This document shows, in pieces, positions 37,058 to 49,932 of a DNA stretch of 64,000 bases. The position numbers and the translations under genes are program-made. This DNA is from Eremomyces bilateralis CBS 781.70 (lineage: Eukaryota): assembly GCA_010015585.1 (NCBI GenBank), contig ML975179.1; one strand, 5' to 3'. The first letter of the stretch is position 1; every line of letters starts with the position of its first letter. Under the pieces are notes generated by a model. It was not told the DNA's origin. It saw only the letters and a program-made list of their open reading frames with translations, and ran no database searches.

Positions 37058-37162
37058 ATGGACCCTCATCCGATCCGCTTCCCGTACTTTCCCTTTCACC
37101 CATTGTTTAATAGCCACCCTTTCCGTTGAGGTCCCAGTGCGGACAAAAATCGTTTAGTGCAT

Positions 37163-37219
37163 CGCGTTCATCGGTCTGGCGCGCGTTCATCGGTCTGGCG
37201 CGCGTTCATCGGTCTGGCG
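37163..37219. repeat. 19-bp tandem repeat x3 in the AAT1 3' region
   Basis: CGCGTTCATCGGTCTGGCG three times. Confidence 0.92.
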
Positions 37220-40200
37220 AGCGTTGGTATGGTATCCGAGGTGGCTAGATGAGCGTCTCATAGATTCGAATACAAGCTTCCAATACACTCGAAAGGCATG
37301 CTCGCTACCTATACGTATCATATGTGTCATGTGTCAAGCCTGCGTTCCCATGGATTCTCACAAAGGTGTCGAAGCTAAGTCAGTATTATCATATCGAAGC
37401 GTAACAGATACGGGGTTCCTTGCGCCAGTGAGTACGCACTGCCGTCGGCGTGATGCTGACACCACTCTTCTGGTACCAAAACCACAATAGGCCTATGCTC
37501 ATTCTTGCCGTACATTTACATTTCGCCCCATATTTCCTGAGCCTTGATAACGGCCGAAGCGAAGAATGCTCGCAGCCGGTCTGCGCTCTCTTCGTCCAGC
37601 AGCGTAAAACAATGCAGGGGCCGTTCCGATCAATCCGGTAATTACGCACGTACTTAACCAGTGAGCATCGGCGTCATGTGCGATGTGTGATCAAGCTCTT
37701 TCGACTGCAAGCCCGACAGTCGTCTGCAGCTAGTCCCCCATCCAGGGTTCGTCGAGCGGTCCTCGGAGGTGTGCCCTTGGAATTTAGCGACCGGCGAATG
37801 AATCAGACTCATTGCAGGTTGCGCGATGGCCAAGCACGCTGATCTCGAAGCTACTGGAAGCCCAGGCGCGATGGATCTGGCGGACGATAATGATGATATC
37901 TATGGTTCTGTTTTTCAAGCGAAGATCTACACAGTGGAATCTTTCCCATGACTTATCCCTAGATCAACGTGAATGGGCTGGACATCGTATGAATTCCTGC
38001 AAGCCAGAAACGAAACCCTCCAAACCGAAAAGCGATGCGTCTCAAAGCACGAAGTCTCAACTCGGAGCTCATGTTGGGTGTACAACAGTGGATTGACGTC
38101 AGCGCCACCATTCACTATGCACAACGATGTCATTATCGTCCCACCTTCCAACGCTCATCCAGCTAACCATAACGCCTTCGTCGTCCACGATGCCAACCGC
38201 TCCCTCTCCGCGGGACGAAACAGGTTGTCCAAACCGCTGGGACAACGCATCTCCCAGGGTCTAGACTGTTCGAATTAGGTTCTCGCGACCCACAGCGGCG
38301 TAGCTAGTTACGGATCGAGTAACGACGCTGATGGTGTGGGCTCCAGGGCAGGATGCTCCCATGTTGGCAGCCACTCACCACGCCGAACGACGCGCGCCGA
38401 GTCCTGGAGATGCGTGCTACACATGGCACTTGTGCCGCGGGGGGTGCACCGGGGATTAGGGAAGCCTGCAAAGCAGGCCCTAGATGGGATTGCAACCGCC
38501 GTGCTATCCGCCACGGCACAGGTAATGATATGTACCTACCGAATGGTAGGTAGATAGGCAGCAGATGCCGCACGAGTAGGAGAGCATTAGAGCGGATGCG
38601 GCGATGCGGAATGAAGAATTGGAGGTCCATCCATTTCTAGTTACTCCGTATGCGCTAGACCCTCGCCCGTACCAGGGTAAATAGACATACTGCAGCCTGT
38701 TGTGTTGGAAATTCGTCAGAACTTGGGCGATGGGATTTGGCTCTTGGTCCACCTCATCCGTGGATTTGGGTCAACTCCATGGGTGAAGCGTCCTTCAAAG
38801 CCTTGGGGACGCAGTGGAGGTTATACGTTCAGTCTAACGCAACTTAAGGATAAATCATACAGTAGGGAATTCGGAGGGAAGGATGACGGGTATATACTTA
38901 CCAACCGGAACTTAAGGTACCTAATATGTCAATCGAAATCCGACTTTCAGTAAGGGAGTTTGAGTGGTTGTTCATATGCGTTTTGCAGTACGGTAGCCCT
39001 ACCGTTGCTCGACGTCGATCCGAATCCTGCTGACGAACGTCCTGTTCCGGTCATTATTTTTCTTTCCTTCCCGATTGGTATCTGACGGAGTATTCGATCT
39101 CATTTGTAAGAAGACCACCAACCCCGCCTTCAGTTCTTACATGTATTCATCTATTCCGTATCTCGATTCCGTATCTTAAGTTCTTGACCCGATTTCTACA
39201 TTTCTATCTCCGATCCAACCCTAAACAGGCAGGCTATCCACAGTGCACCTAAGACCTGAGTTACTACAGTGGAGAAAGAACAGTCGGTCCGTTTTCGTCA
39301 TCTCGGCAATTACTGCGCTGGGACACCACGGATCGGTCCCGTACCTCCCGTACCTCCTCTAGGCTACACCAAGTCCCTTTTGTCAGCCACAGTGCATCAT
39401 CGGCTATCCATATCTACTATCTACAACTGTAGGAGCATCACCGTCGTACGCATTTGGCACCAATTGACTCTTGCATATCCCAGGATACGGGTTACCGAAT
39501 CTCATCGTGAAGTCTTCGAGCGAGTCTTCAGCAACGTTGCATCTTGACAATCCATCAATATTTCTACCTTACTCAATCGTGACGCGACGGCCCCACCAAA
39601 GCACCCCGCCTTCTGTACTGCGGTGTTTCACTGTGTACAACTCAACCGTCCTCGAGAAAGATTATCAATCTGAATCTTTTCGTCGCTCGTCAGTCGTCAC
39701 GCTATTTGCTGTCGACGGACTCGTATATCTTGCTCAATACAGGTATTTGCAGGCCACACTGCAGTAGTTCGGGTGTGGTGTAATATCACTCCGGCCGCGG
39801 TACTGCCTTGGACAAATCCTCCAAGCACCCGCCTGAGACTGCACATCACCACACGTGCTTCTCCTACGTTATCCGTTCCTATTGTGTATCCTGGGTTCAT
39901 CATTACCCAGATACCGGACTCCGAGGGGAAAGGAAGCGATCGAATCACGAGCGAGTGGACGAAGAACCGTGCTCGTACCACGACGACGTTGTAGGAGAAG
40001 TTCTCGGCGCGGATACGTTCCAAGCACACAACGCGCTCCCACGAGGCCAGGAAGAACTGCGCGGTACCTTTATCAGGAACCCTGCCTGGAGCTATCGGCC
40101 GATCTGACGGAACGAAATCAATAATCAGACAAAATAAGCTCGAAGCTGTCAGTGGGACATTTCACCTCCGAATCGAAGCACGTCGTAGAAATAACCGAAA

Positions 40201-40249
40201 CGCTGCACATCCAACGCAAGGGATTCAGCGCCGATCGATACATCCCAAT

Positions 40250-41119
40250 ATGGCACCCACCAGAATGGAATCAGCAGAGGATAGGGTACGTCACGCATAT
40301 TTTCATACCCTGTCGCTTTACCCCGTACTTCACACCACCAACCGATCTGAGATTCGGCGTCGTGGTCTCAGATCCTCAACTCCTGTTCCGGGAATCGTCA
40401 GACCCCAAACGGATCTATATCCGTTCACGTCGCACCCGGGTTTGAGCAGAAATCCCCGAGAATGCCCAAGTCCAAGGTGCTATCTCGCCATTACCTGCAC
40501 GTTTGATATCGCATTGGGAGTGGGGCGACTGGGCTAACGAACATGTTTCGTCGCGAACAGTCCGAACCTGGGTCGGTTGCAAGTCTTCCAACCGATGTCA
40601 TCGACATCAGCACATTCGAGCAGATCCTCGGGATGGATGATAGTGACGAAGACCGAGATTTCAGCAAAGGACTCGTGTACTCCTTTTTCAGCCAAGCGGA
40701 GTCGACGTTTCAGGAGATGGATGAAAACTTGTAAGCGATATCCTTATCCCTCCCCAATCGCACCACTTGGATCAATTCCTTTGCTATATCGTCCAGCACA
40801 TATCCGTCATATCAAATCGAGGTCGACCCCTAACCCAATTCTTCCCAGCGAGAATAAAGACATCCTCAAGCTGTCCTCCCTCGGCCACTTCCTGAAAGGC
40901 TCCTCGGCCGCCCTCGGGCTCACGAAGCTGAAGGACTCATGCGAGAAGATCCAGAATCTGGGCACCCGGAGAGATGAGACCGGCATGCGCGAGGAGCCGG
41001 ACATGGACGTCAGCTTAAAGAAGCTGCTGCAGACCATCCGAGACGCGAAGAACCAATTCGGGGAGGCCGAGAGAGCGTTGAAGCGGTTCTTTGGCGATGT
41101 GTCGAGTCAGGAGAAGTAA
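40250..41119 (+). CDS. YPD1: Histidine phosphotransfer (HPt) protein, 3 exons
   Basis: MAPTRMESAEDR | intron 40286-40560 | ...IDISTFEQILGMDD...DFSKGLV...| LSSLGHFLKGSSAALGLTKLKDSCEKIQNLG, with the phospho-accepting His motif. Confidence 0.92.
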
Positions 41120-41626
41120 GGGAACGACGGTGTTGTGCGGTGGTGAAGGGTCCCCTGTATGAGGACCACTGCATGTGCTGGATAGGTTGAGGGTTGGTCG
41201 GATGGGGTGTCTAAATTCTCGGCACGGAGAAGACCGTATCCTACTGCGTACAGTAGGCGGGGAGCCACCAGGGCTACAGATTGAACTGTCAGACTCAGAG
41301 TGTATGATTCCCAGGTCACTGGGAGCCGGGACAATCGGCGATCGGTTGTACTAGGTGTCATTCTATGATGTTTTCGAAGAATCCTACCATGAATTCTTAT
41401 GATTCAAAATCTCTCCTTGATCTAGTTTGATCGGATGTCATGACACTTAGTAGAAGGCAGTTTTAGTGGATTATCCGTAGAGTGCTTGCCAATAATCAAG
41501 CCTTCCTCACCAATGATAGTGTAAAATAGATCCGCACATGATATAAGGCTAAATCCAGGCCCAAAGCCTTCCATCAACGCCATGCAAATCTAAGATTTTG
41601 ATGTCGCTCGAACATACTGGACCCAC

Positions 41627-43105
41627 CTACGCCTTCACCGCCTCCTGGAAAGCATCAGCCAAAATCGCCATTCCCTCCTTAATCTCCTCATCCGAAATCA
41701 CCAGCGGCGGCACGAACCGCAGCGTGTTCGTCCCGGCGGTGATGACCAACAACCCCCTCTCTCTCGCCGCCTTCACGATCGGCGTCGGGTCACGATCCAA
41801 CTGCAGGCCCAAGATCAACCCCTTCCCCCGAATCTCCTTCACCACCTCCGGAAACGCCGCCTTCAACCCCTCAAACTGCTCTCGAAACACCTCCCCCTTC
41901 CTCACCACCTCCCGCTGCAACCCCGCATCCGCCAGCCGCGTCACGCAATAATGTGCCACTCTGCACGCCAACGGATTCCCTCCAAACGTTGTCCCATGGT
42001 CCCCGATGACGATCTTCCCCGCCACGAAATCATTCACGATGGTCGCGCCCACGGGGAACCCGTTCCCCAGCGCCTTCGCTGTCGTGACAATATCTGGGTG
42101 CGCCTCGATCGGTAGGTCGGCGTGCGCCCACAGGTTCCCCGTGCGACCCAGCCCACTCTGGATCTCGTCGTAGATCAGCACGGCGCCGACGGCGGTGCAT
42201 TTCGCGCGGAGAGCGCGGAGGAAGGCCGGGTCGGCGATCCAGACACCGCCTTCGCCCTGGATGGGCTCGATGATGACGCCGGCGGTGGACGGGGTGATGA
42301 GGTCGAGGGCTGCGGGGTCGTTGTAAGTAGCGTAGTGGAAGCCGGGGAGCATGGGGGCGAAGGGCCGTTGGTATTTCGGGTTAGGTGTCGCGGAGAGGGA
42401 GCCCATGGTGCGGCCATGGAAGGAGTTGGTGAAGGAAAGGATCTCGTGCTTGTGCTTCGTGCCGTCAGGGTCGAGCGACTTGCCGACCTTTCGGGCGAAT
42501 TTGAGGGCCGCTTCGTTGGCTTCGCTGCCGCTGTTGCAGATGAAGGCTTTGGAGGCCGTGTGCATTCCACCCGCCTCGAGCGTTTTCTCAACCAAGGTCT
42601 TTGAGACGAGCCCCGTCCAGGGGTTATGGTAGAGGTTCGAGGTATGCATCAGCATCTGCGATTGCTCGGAGATGATCTTCGCGAGGCCAGGGTCGCAGTG
42701 TCCGAGGCCGTTCACGGCGATCCCGGCAGTGAAGTCTAGGTATCGACGATTCTCGATGTCCCAGAGGTAGCAGCCTTCCGCCTTGTGGAACATGGGCGGT
42801 GGGCGCGCATAGGTGGGCACCATGTATGGGAGTTGTTCATTGACCACGCGGGCGGTTTGGGAGTCGGGCGCAGGGTCGGAGTTGGGGAGGGAGGCTTCTC
42901 GCTGGAAATGGTTAGTATTGGCCTTGGAGAAGAGTCGGGGCATTAAAGCGACTCTTACCTGGATTGCTTCCTTCTCCTGCTGAGAGAGGCTGGACTGTGA
43001 GACTCCAGCGGCGCTGGCGTAGTTCCTATGGACATGGTGACTCAACTGCGAGGAGTGCGCCCGCATAGAGGAGCGAATGCTCCTGGATACCACTCGAGAT
43101 GCCAT
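41627..43105 (-). CDS. ARG8: Acetylornithine aminotransferase, mitochondrial; stop-free 57-nt intron 42902-42958
   Basis: YLDFTAGIAVNGLGH, NSGSEANEAALKFAR, SFHGRTMG, EPIQGEGG, YDEIQSGLGRTG, TAKALGNG, HGTTFGGNPL. Confidence 0.95.
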   Translation of the reverse strand: MASRVVSRSIRSSMRAHSSQLSHHVHRNYASAAGVSQSSLSQQEKEAIQVRVALMPRLFSKANTNHFQREASLPNSDPAPDSQTARVVNEQLPYMVPTYARPPPMFHKAEGCYLWDIENRRYLDFTAGIAVNGLGHCDPGLAKIISEQSQMLMHTSNLYHNPWTGLVSKTLVEKTLEAGGMHTASKAFICNSGSEANEAALKFARKVGKSLDPDGTKHKHEILSFTNSFHGRTMGSLSATPNPKYQRPFAPMLPGFHYATYNDPAALDLITPSTAGVIIEPIQGEGGVWIADPAFLRALRAKCTAVGAVLIYDEIQSGLGRTGNLWAHADLPIEAHPDIVTTAKALGNGFPVGATIVNDFVAGKIVIGDHGTTFGGNPLACRVAHYCVTRLADAGLQREVVRKGEVFREQFEGLKAAFPEVVKEIRGKGLILGLQLDRDPTPIVKAARERGLLVITAGTNTLRFVPPLVISDEEIKEGMAILADAFQEAVKA

Positions 43106-43507
43106 AAACGCTGGATACGCTAAATTTTCAGAAGTGAGAGTATAGGAGCGGTGTTCTGCACGATCAGGGAACGATGAAGAGTCAATGGGTACGGAGGAGG
43201 TTAGAAAGGTCCCTCGTCGCAAGAACATGCAGAAAATTGGGAGGAAGCGATGAGTCGATGTCGGAGATCCTCTTATCGATAACGTTAAGCTATTGCTGCC
43301 TTAGATCCTTAGGCATCAAAGAAGCTCCGGACCTGAACGCGAACCTACGCGTCTTCAGATGGAACATCTTCCCCACAGCGAAAGATGAGATATCTGTCGA
43401 AGCGTCATTGACCCAAGGGAAGATGTCCTATTTGTTCCGTTGGCGACAAACGTCATTGATGTCCCATTCCTTTCTCATTTAGTCTCCCCTTCGTAACTCG
43501 ATTTTTA

Positions 43508-45613
43508 ATGTCTAAATTCCTCCGCGCCTGTTCCGCAACCCATCGCCGTTTCTTTCTCTGCTCTCCTTTCTCGACTCGGTCTCCGTCTAGGTCCTACTAC
43601 ACCTACGGCCCAATCAACTATATGCCGTCGAAACGAAAGAGCTCTACACTAGCATCAGTATCGGCTACAGAGTCTGTCAATGGACTGCCGCCGGCGTTGA
43701 TTGATACCGATGGATCAAGATCGCTAGAAACGGCATCAACCCCTGAGGAGCAGCTGACGAAGAAAGCACCTCGAAGATCTCGAAGATCAAGTGCTCGGAA
43801 AACTCCGGACCTAGTGGTAGATGGAGACCCCCACATCGAAGATGGGCCTGAGGCAAGGGCTGCGTCTCCGGACAACGTCACCGTGCCTGTCCCCAGTAGC
43901 ACTGGTAAAAGAGCTGCGAAGACGAAGGCTGCGAGGGTTATGAACGCGATCGCGGATACAAAGGATGCCGAAGGCCAGGCCGCCAAAAAGAAGCGAGTGA
44001 CAAAGGCAGCCAAGACGAAGGGCGTCGAAGCAGAGCTCGACCCCGAATCCGACGCAGAAATGGTTCCCGATGAAGAGGAATTAGTCGAGGCTCTGCACCG
44101 TCTACCACCTGTAAACAGTCCTACTCTTCCTCTTCCTTGGAAGGGCCGTCTTGGATATGCATGTCTTAATACGTATTTACGAAATTCCAACCCCCCGATA
44201 TTTTGTTCGAGGACGTGCCGAATCGCCTCCATCCTCGAACACCGTCATCCACTCGCGGACCCAACGCAACCCGAGCACCCGACAAAGAATCGTCCGGATA
44301 AAAATCAGCCGGCGGATGTCGAGCGAGGAATGGCATGGGTACACGCGCTTGGCTTAGCAAATGCGCGAGATCTCATCAAGCTGCTGCGCTGGAATGATCG
44401 ATATGGGATTAAGTTCCTGCGCCTGAGCAGCGAGATGTTTCCGTTTGCGAGCCATGGGGAATACGGATATAAACTGTCTTCATTTGCCGGGCCGACCCTA
44501 CGAGAGGTTGGCAAGCTCGTGGCTACACTTGGGCACAGAGTAACAACACACCCGGGCCAATTTACACAGTTCGGCTCTCCGCGAGAGTCCGTCATTGCTG
44601 GAAGCATAAGGGATCTGGCATATCACGACGAATTACTAACACTACTAGAGCTCCCTGATCAACTGGATCGAGACGCCGTCATGATTCTCCACATGGGTGG
44701 CGTATTTGGAGACAAAGGCGAGACTCTCGATCGATTTCGAGCAAACTACGCCAATCTTTCCCCATCGATCAAGCGGCGACTGGTTTTAGAAAATGATGAC
44801 GTGTCATGGAGCGTGCACGATCTTCTTCCAATTTGCGAAGAGTTGAATATCCCCCTGGTCCTGGACTGGCACCACCACAACATCATTCACGACCCCTCCA
44901 TCCGTGAAGGGACCGCCGACATCCTCCCCATCCTCCCACGGATCGCCGAGACATGGCGAAGAAAAGGCATCACCCAGAAGATGCATTACAGCGAGCCCTG
45001 TCCCGACGCCATCACCGGGCGCCAGCGCCGCAAGCACTCCCCCCGTGTCTCCACCCTCCCCCCCTGCGGCAACGACATGGACCTCATGATCGAAGCTAAA
45101 GACAAAGAGCAAGCCGTCTTCGAGCTGATGCTCAACTTCAAGCTCCCCGGCTTTGAAAAAGTTCACCCCATCGCCCCGTACACACGCGACGACTGGAACA
45201 AGCTCGTGAAAGGCCGCAAGGGCAACTCGGACCAGATTCTCGGTCCCGGGGGACGCGACGCGCTTCCCGACGATATGATCGGGATGGGCGGGGCGGAGGG
45301 CCGGGTTTACTGGCCGCTGGGCATGGAGGAATGGCTTCGGCCGCGGAAGAGAGAGGTCAAGCAAAAGGCAAGCGGGAAAGTTGAGGATGGCGGAGATATA
45401 GCTTTAGGTGGCGCTCCGTCGAAGAAGACGACCTTGAAGGCTAGAACGAGGGCGAAAGCGGCTGCGAAGCCAACATCGGTGAAGGGGAAGCGTGCGATGA
45501 GGAAGAAGAAGAATCCGGTTGAGACGAGTTCGGATGAAGAGCTGAGTAGTCCGCTGGAGCTGGATGATTCATCGGAGTTGAGTGATAATCCGGCGATGGA
45601 GAGCAATTCATAG
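43508..45613 (+). CDS. UVE1: UV-damage endonuclease (UvsE/UVDE family)
   Basis: GRLGYACLNT, RLSSEMFPFASH, HRVTTHPGQF, MILHMGG, LVLENDD, LVLDWHH, QKMHYSE, MIEAKDKEQA; intronless. Confidence 0.95.
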   Translation: MSKFLRACSATHRRFFLCSPFSTRSPSRSYYTYGPINYMPSKRKSSTLASVSATESVNGLPPALIDTDGSRSLETASTPEEQLTKKAPRRSRRSSARKTPDLVVDGDPHIEDGPEARAASPDNVTVPVPSSTGKRAAKTKAARVMNAIADTKDAEGQAAKKKRVTKAAKTKGVEAELDPESDAEMVPDEEELVEALHRLPPVNSPTLPLPWKGRLGYACLNTYLRNSNPPIFCSRTCRIASILEHRHPLADPTQPEHPTKNRPDKNQPADVERGMAWVHALGLANARDLIKLLRWNDRYGIKFLRLSSEMFPFASHGEYGYKLSSFAGPTLREVGKLVATLGHRVTTHPGQFTQFGSPRESVIAGSIRDLAYHDELLTLLELPDQLDRDAVMILHMGGVFGDKGETLDRFRANYANLSPSIKRRLVLENDDVSWSVHDLLPICEELNIPLVLDWHHHNIIHDPSIREGTADILPILPRIAETWRRKGITQKMHYSEPCPDAITGRQRRKHSPRVSTLPPCGNDMDLMIEAKDKEQAVFELMLNFKLPGFEKVHPIAPYTRDDWNKLVKGRKGNSDQILGPGGRDALPDDMIGMGGAEGRVYWPLGMEEWLRPRKREVKQKASGKVEDGGDIALGGAPSKKTTLKARTRAKAAAKPTSVKGKRAMRKKKNPVETSSDEELSSPLELDDSSELSDNPAMESNS

Positions 45614-48600
45614 GATGTCGTAGCCTCAGCGGAACTGTCATATGTGGAACGCCTTTGCCTCCCAGGTCAGTGTCCTAAGTGTTACGCCTTTACCTACCGG
45701 CAATTTCATGATGGTTATGACTACTGCGGTCCGTATGTCCTACGATTGAGACCCCAAATTTTAAGGAGCACGGAAGCGAAATTCTCGAATCGACTAGAAT
45801 ACCGTAGCACTTGAGCAACGAGAGGACTCACTTTAGACGACCTTTCGGAACAGACCGAGGACCACAGCATCATGAACACAACAATACTTCAAAGAGGATT
45901 AAAGGTTACTTGATTATCAGAGTACTTGCTCGGTCCCGTATTTATGACTCGGAGACGATGGTTGACGTTTATCTCTCCCACTATTTGCCTTCAAAAGAAG
46001 CCTTAGCGATAAGTCTTTGGACCTGAGTGATATTCCATCACGGCTCAAGAACACCTTCCACCCTCAACGTCGGAACACATTCTTCAGAAGTCGTCGGACC
46101 CCATGGGAAACGACAAACGCTCTACCGCTCATCACCATCAGGCCTACCCTGTGGACATCTATCGGTTAGTTCAACGAGTCGAGGACTCCGTGCATCGAAA
46201 ATAAGATGTATTGTATTGTATTGTGGTCTCCATTATCTCCTGCAGTGGACTGCCCCTTCACTGGAAATTTGTTTACTGTGAACTGGCCATTCCTGATTTC
46301 AAGCGATGCTCGTCATACGATCTACAACACGCTATCTTGCGCGATTACACCCTCTTCTTGCAATCATCAGATTTTTCAATCACCTCATACTCGAACAGTC
46401 TCGTGCTTACATCCTCTAAACATTTTTGAGAAGGTCGCCATCACTGAGGTTGATCATGCTGAGTGAGGCAAGGACTGGCCTTGTTCAATTTGGGTGTCTT
46501 CTCAAGGCTAATAGCAACCCAGCTGATATTTCAGGCGTTACCTTGCTGATCGCATCCGGTGAACTGAGAAATTGTCCGATGGTTCTTGGAAAAGGTGTTT
46601 AATAGCTAATAATGTCTTGGAAAAGGGAAGGTGGACGACCTGCTGGAAAGCATGTCATCTTCAATCTGGTGGACGATACGTGCCGTTTGTCGATGCTGAA
46701 GCCACTCTCGTGCATGATATAGTACTGTTACTATCTATAACGCAGGATGATAAGACATCGACATCGTTCAGGGATTAAACACCAAACTTTCCGGGTCTTC
46801 ATCGACATCAAAAGCGATATCTGATACCCTCGAAGGCAGCAAGGAAGGAATGTCAACCGTTGTCCTGATCCTCGAGGGGTATTAAAACAATCCATAATCC
46901 ATGAATTCCCAATATCACCATCCTTATCCGTTACACTCGGAAAAATTGGATGTCTTACCCGCCACACTAAAACTTGTGCAGACTATGGATTCAGTCTCCA
47001 TCCATTCAACTTCCTGTCCTGTCACAAGGTGCGGTAGCAAGGAGTCGGCGTTACCTGGCTTGGCTGGAAAAAGGAACGTGGGATGCGTCATCTGGACCAT
47101 TCGGGCTCCCAGTATCCACCAGGACAAGTCCCTTGACCAGCGATATAATGCGTATGGCAAGTGGCTGGGATCCTACCAGATCTCGCGGCTGGCAATGATC
47201 GACAAACTATTGTTAACAGCGGGAGTGTCCTCGGCCCGCTACCGAGCAATCAGTGGCTATGAGTATAACCTTCTTAAGAGATGATTACGTGCTTTGGGCT
47301 AAAGAGCACTCATCGAACAGCAGAGTTCGTATACAATCACTGGGCCAGTCTGCTAGGATTTCAGTCATACATGCCCTTACACCTTATTAGCACCGAACAA
47401 CAGGGCGATACTGGCCGGTGTGGTGAGACAGGTTGCTAGAATCTCCCCTTTATTATGCACCGGAGGTTTATCATCTCGGTCAGATGTCTGATATCGACAA
47501 TACTAGCGCGACTGCTGTTGGAGATACGGAGAAATTCTCGCTTATCTATGCGGCATACGCAAATTCCCCGACTGGCCGACTGTCACTGGACATCTAGCAT
47601 GTACCTGCGTTGGATGGTCATGCGTCAGTTTCCAACCCGTTGCCATTTTCTTGGACGTAATGGGGATGCTCTTAAAGATCTTAGCCAAGTCTGCGACATG
47701 ATCTTAACGCCTTGGGTACTCCGTACTATGACCCCATCACGTCAGGCTCTCTGTTGTGCACCTTACCAGCAATCCTTGACGGATAATCTGGTATTGTAAC
47801 CCGGATGGCCTTGGCCAGGTCGTCGCAGGCTGTCGGTTATGCTTTCTCTGCATTTCATAGAGCCGCCCAAGGCATAAATCGGTCAGGTCGAGATACCTCG
47901 TTGCAGGCGGAACACAGCTCCCCGCCTGCATGAATTGGATGGGGAGGCCTAAATATAGCGGCTATCACAGCTCTTCCTTCGTTTCCAGGCGCTCTCTGAT
48001 TGTGACGTACCACATCCTCGGGTGCTTATGGTGGTGTCCATGGATGGTTTGCAAGGGAAAGTTAATATATTATGCCTGCCTGGCGCATCCTCCTCCAACC
48101 TCCTCAAAGCCTTTCGGGTTTTTATATTACCCACCGGGGTATTCGGTCGTACAAAAGGCAAGGCTCTCGCTGAGGAGCCTGTTCATGTGGTTCCTTTGTG
48201 CAGTCAGGTGTATTTCATGGGTATGAATCCTTGCAACCTATCTGCTGCATCCCAGAGCCATCCAACGGTAGGCTTATTGACGAGAGATGGCCTTTGGGAG
48301 AACTCAACGGTCTCTTGCCTTCACAAATATAAATCTACTTACCAGCGAGTCTCAGGTGCTAGGAACTTGGCTCAAGACATGTTGAACGGCGAGAGTTTGT
48401 GGGGGCTCGTTTTCGTCTCGACGCTTCCATCCCCTTCAACCACGTCGGACCGAAGTCATCTCCAAGGTCACCACGAATCCACATCATTGACCAGGTTCGA
48501 CATGGAATGGTGGGATGCCTCGCCGCACAAGGCTACCCTCCCACCAATCAGTTTAGTTCTAACCCCAACTGTCACAGTGCGCCACTCTGCATGTCCGTTA

Positions 48601-49677
48601 TGGCGTATCTTGTAGGGGATAATCAGAGGCGAACATAGCCCCCCACAGGCCGCAGTATTCCTCACAGCATGCACACTGTTGAGTAGCGTGTTGAGGGCCA
48701 ACGCCACTCTCCAGCTTGCACGTCCAACGTCGTCCTCTTCACTTACTGTGGTGCAGTAACTACTCTAATTCATTCACTCCAAAACCGCTCAACTCCTCCT
48801 TTCCCGCTACTAGTAGCATTCGATGGGAAACTAAATGCCTTGTTTGCCATTTGCCTTCTCCCACAACGCAAATCGTGCCAGGACAGATGGGTCAAGTCCA
48901 TGTTCGGTAGTGTGAACCATGTCGCTATTGCTGCATGATTTGGGGCTCGCCTCGCTGACCCCTACCTACCCAATATTGTGAAATGCCTTGACTGGTGAGA
49001 TGAGGTATTCAAGAGTAAATACCTGACCACCCTGCTTCCGTATATGCAATTATCGAATCTTGAGGAGAGAAACTGTGCAGCCACCCGCCTGAGCACTGCT
49101 CCATGCGGGTCATGTATTAGTTCGGCTAACTTCGATGATCAGGAGCGCGTGAGAAATTGAGATTCTCAATGGCTCAGGAGTTTGATGTAAATAGTAATTG
49201 GATGAAACAATTGTCAAAATCCTATAACTTGGATGAGCGCAGAGGTCGTGTTACAGAAGGATAATTTGACAATTTCAACAGATCTACGAGGTAGACGAGA
49301 GGAGAGAGGACCGATTAACTAACACAGCTATTAATCCAAACGAGCAAATGTACCTCCATGCAATGAGCATCGCCACCCGCCCAAACCAGGGAATGCAGGA
49401 AACACTATAGAAACAGCCTCAGTCCGAAATCAACAATGCCGATATCAGTGTGAGCCCCTTACAGATACAAGGGGCGTGGGATTAGCGTTGGGGTTCGCTG
49501 CCTTTCATCTGATTTAAACTTAGTATCTGGTTATAATGTAGGCCCAAATATGAGAAACGTACCATATAACTTTCACCGATATCTCCAACTGTTTCAACGA
49601 ATTGGTGGCGAACACTAAAGTATTGGTGTGCGTATCGTTCGACTACGCAATTTGAGGTCGTAGCGCCCTCGATCTCG

Positions 49678-49932
49678 CTATGGTGGGAGCGGGTTCAATC
49701 GAAGACTCGAAAGCTCGAGGCTAGTTAGCGCCCACTGAGTCAAGCTTTGGGCTACACCAGGTGCCCGCATGTTCCTCTCATACTTCATCTAATAAATCGG
49801 TTAACCACCACCGTCATCGAATATAGCGGTGCCACTTACCCAGCACCCCTCACAGGCGTCTCCATTCACATTAACCCATTGGCCACACTTCTCTTGAACA
49901 TCCCAGCAACACATATACTTGTGTCCAGGCAT
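49678..49932 (-). CDS. Putative small Cys-rich protein (~67 aa), 2 exons (intron 49789-49839)
   Basis: MPGHKYMCCWDVQEKCGQWVNVNGDACEGCW, then a GTAAGT donor, TTAAC branch, TAG acceptor and an open second exon. Confidence 0.5.

Noticed and set aside
37163..37219. Repeat array as possible CRISPR
   Set aside because: Units are contiguous with no spacers, the context is eukaryotic and no cas genes are present; it is a minisatellite.
37800..38950. Several 60-110 aa ORFs on both strands
   Set aside because: No recognisable domain and no consistent splice model.
43106..43228. 41-aa N-terminal extension of ARG8 in the ORF track
   Set aside because: The ATG at 43105 begins a typical presequence; nothing supports the upstream start.
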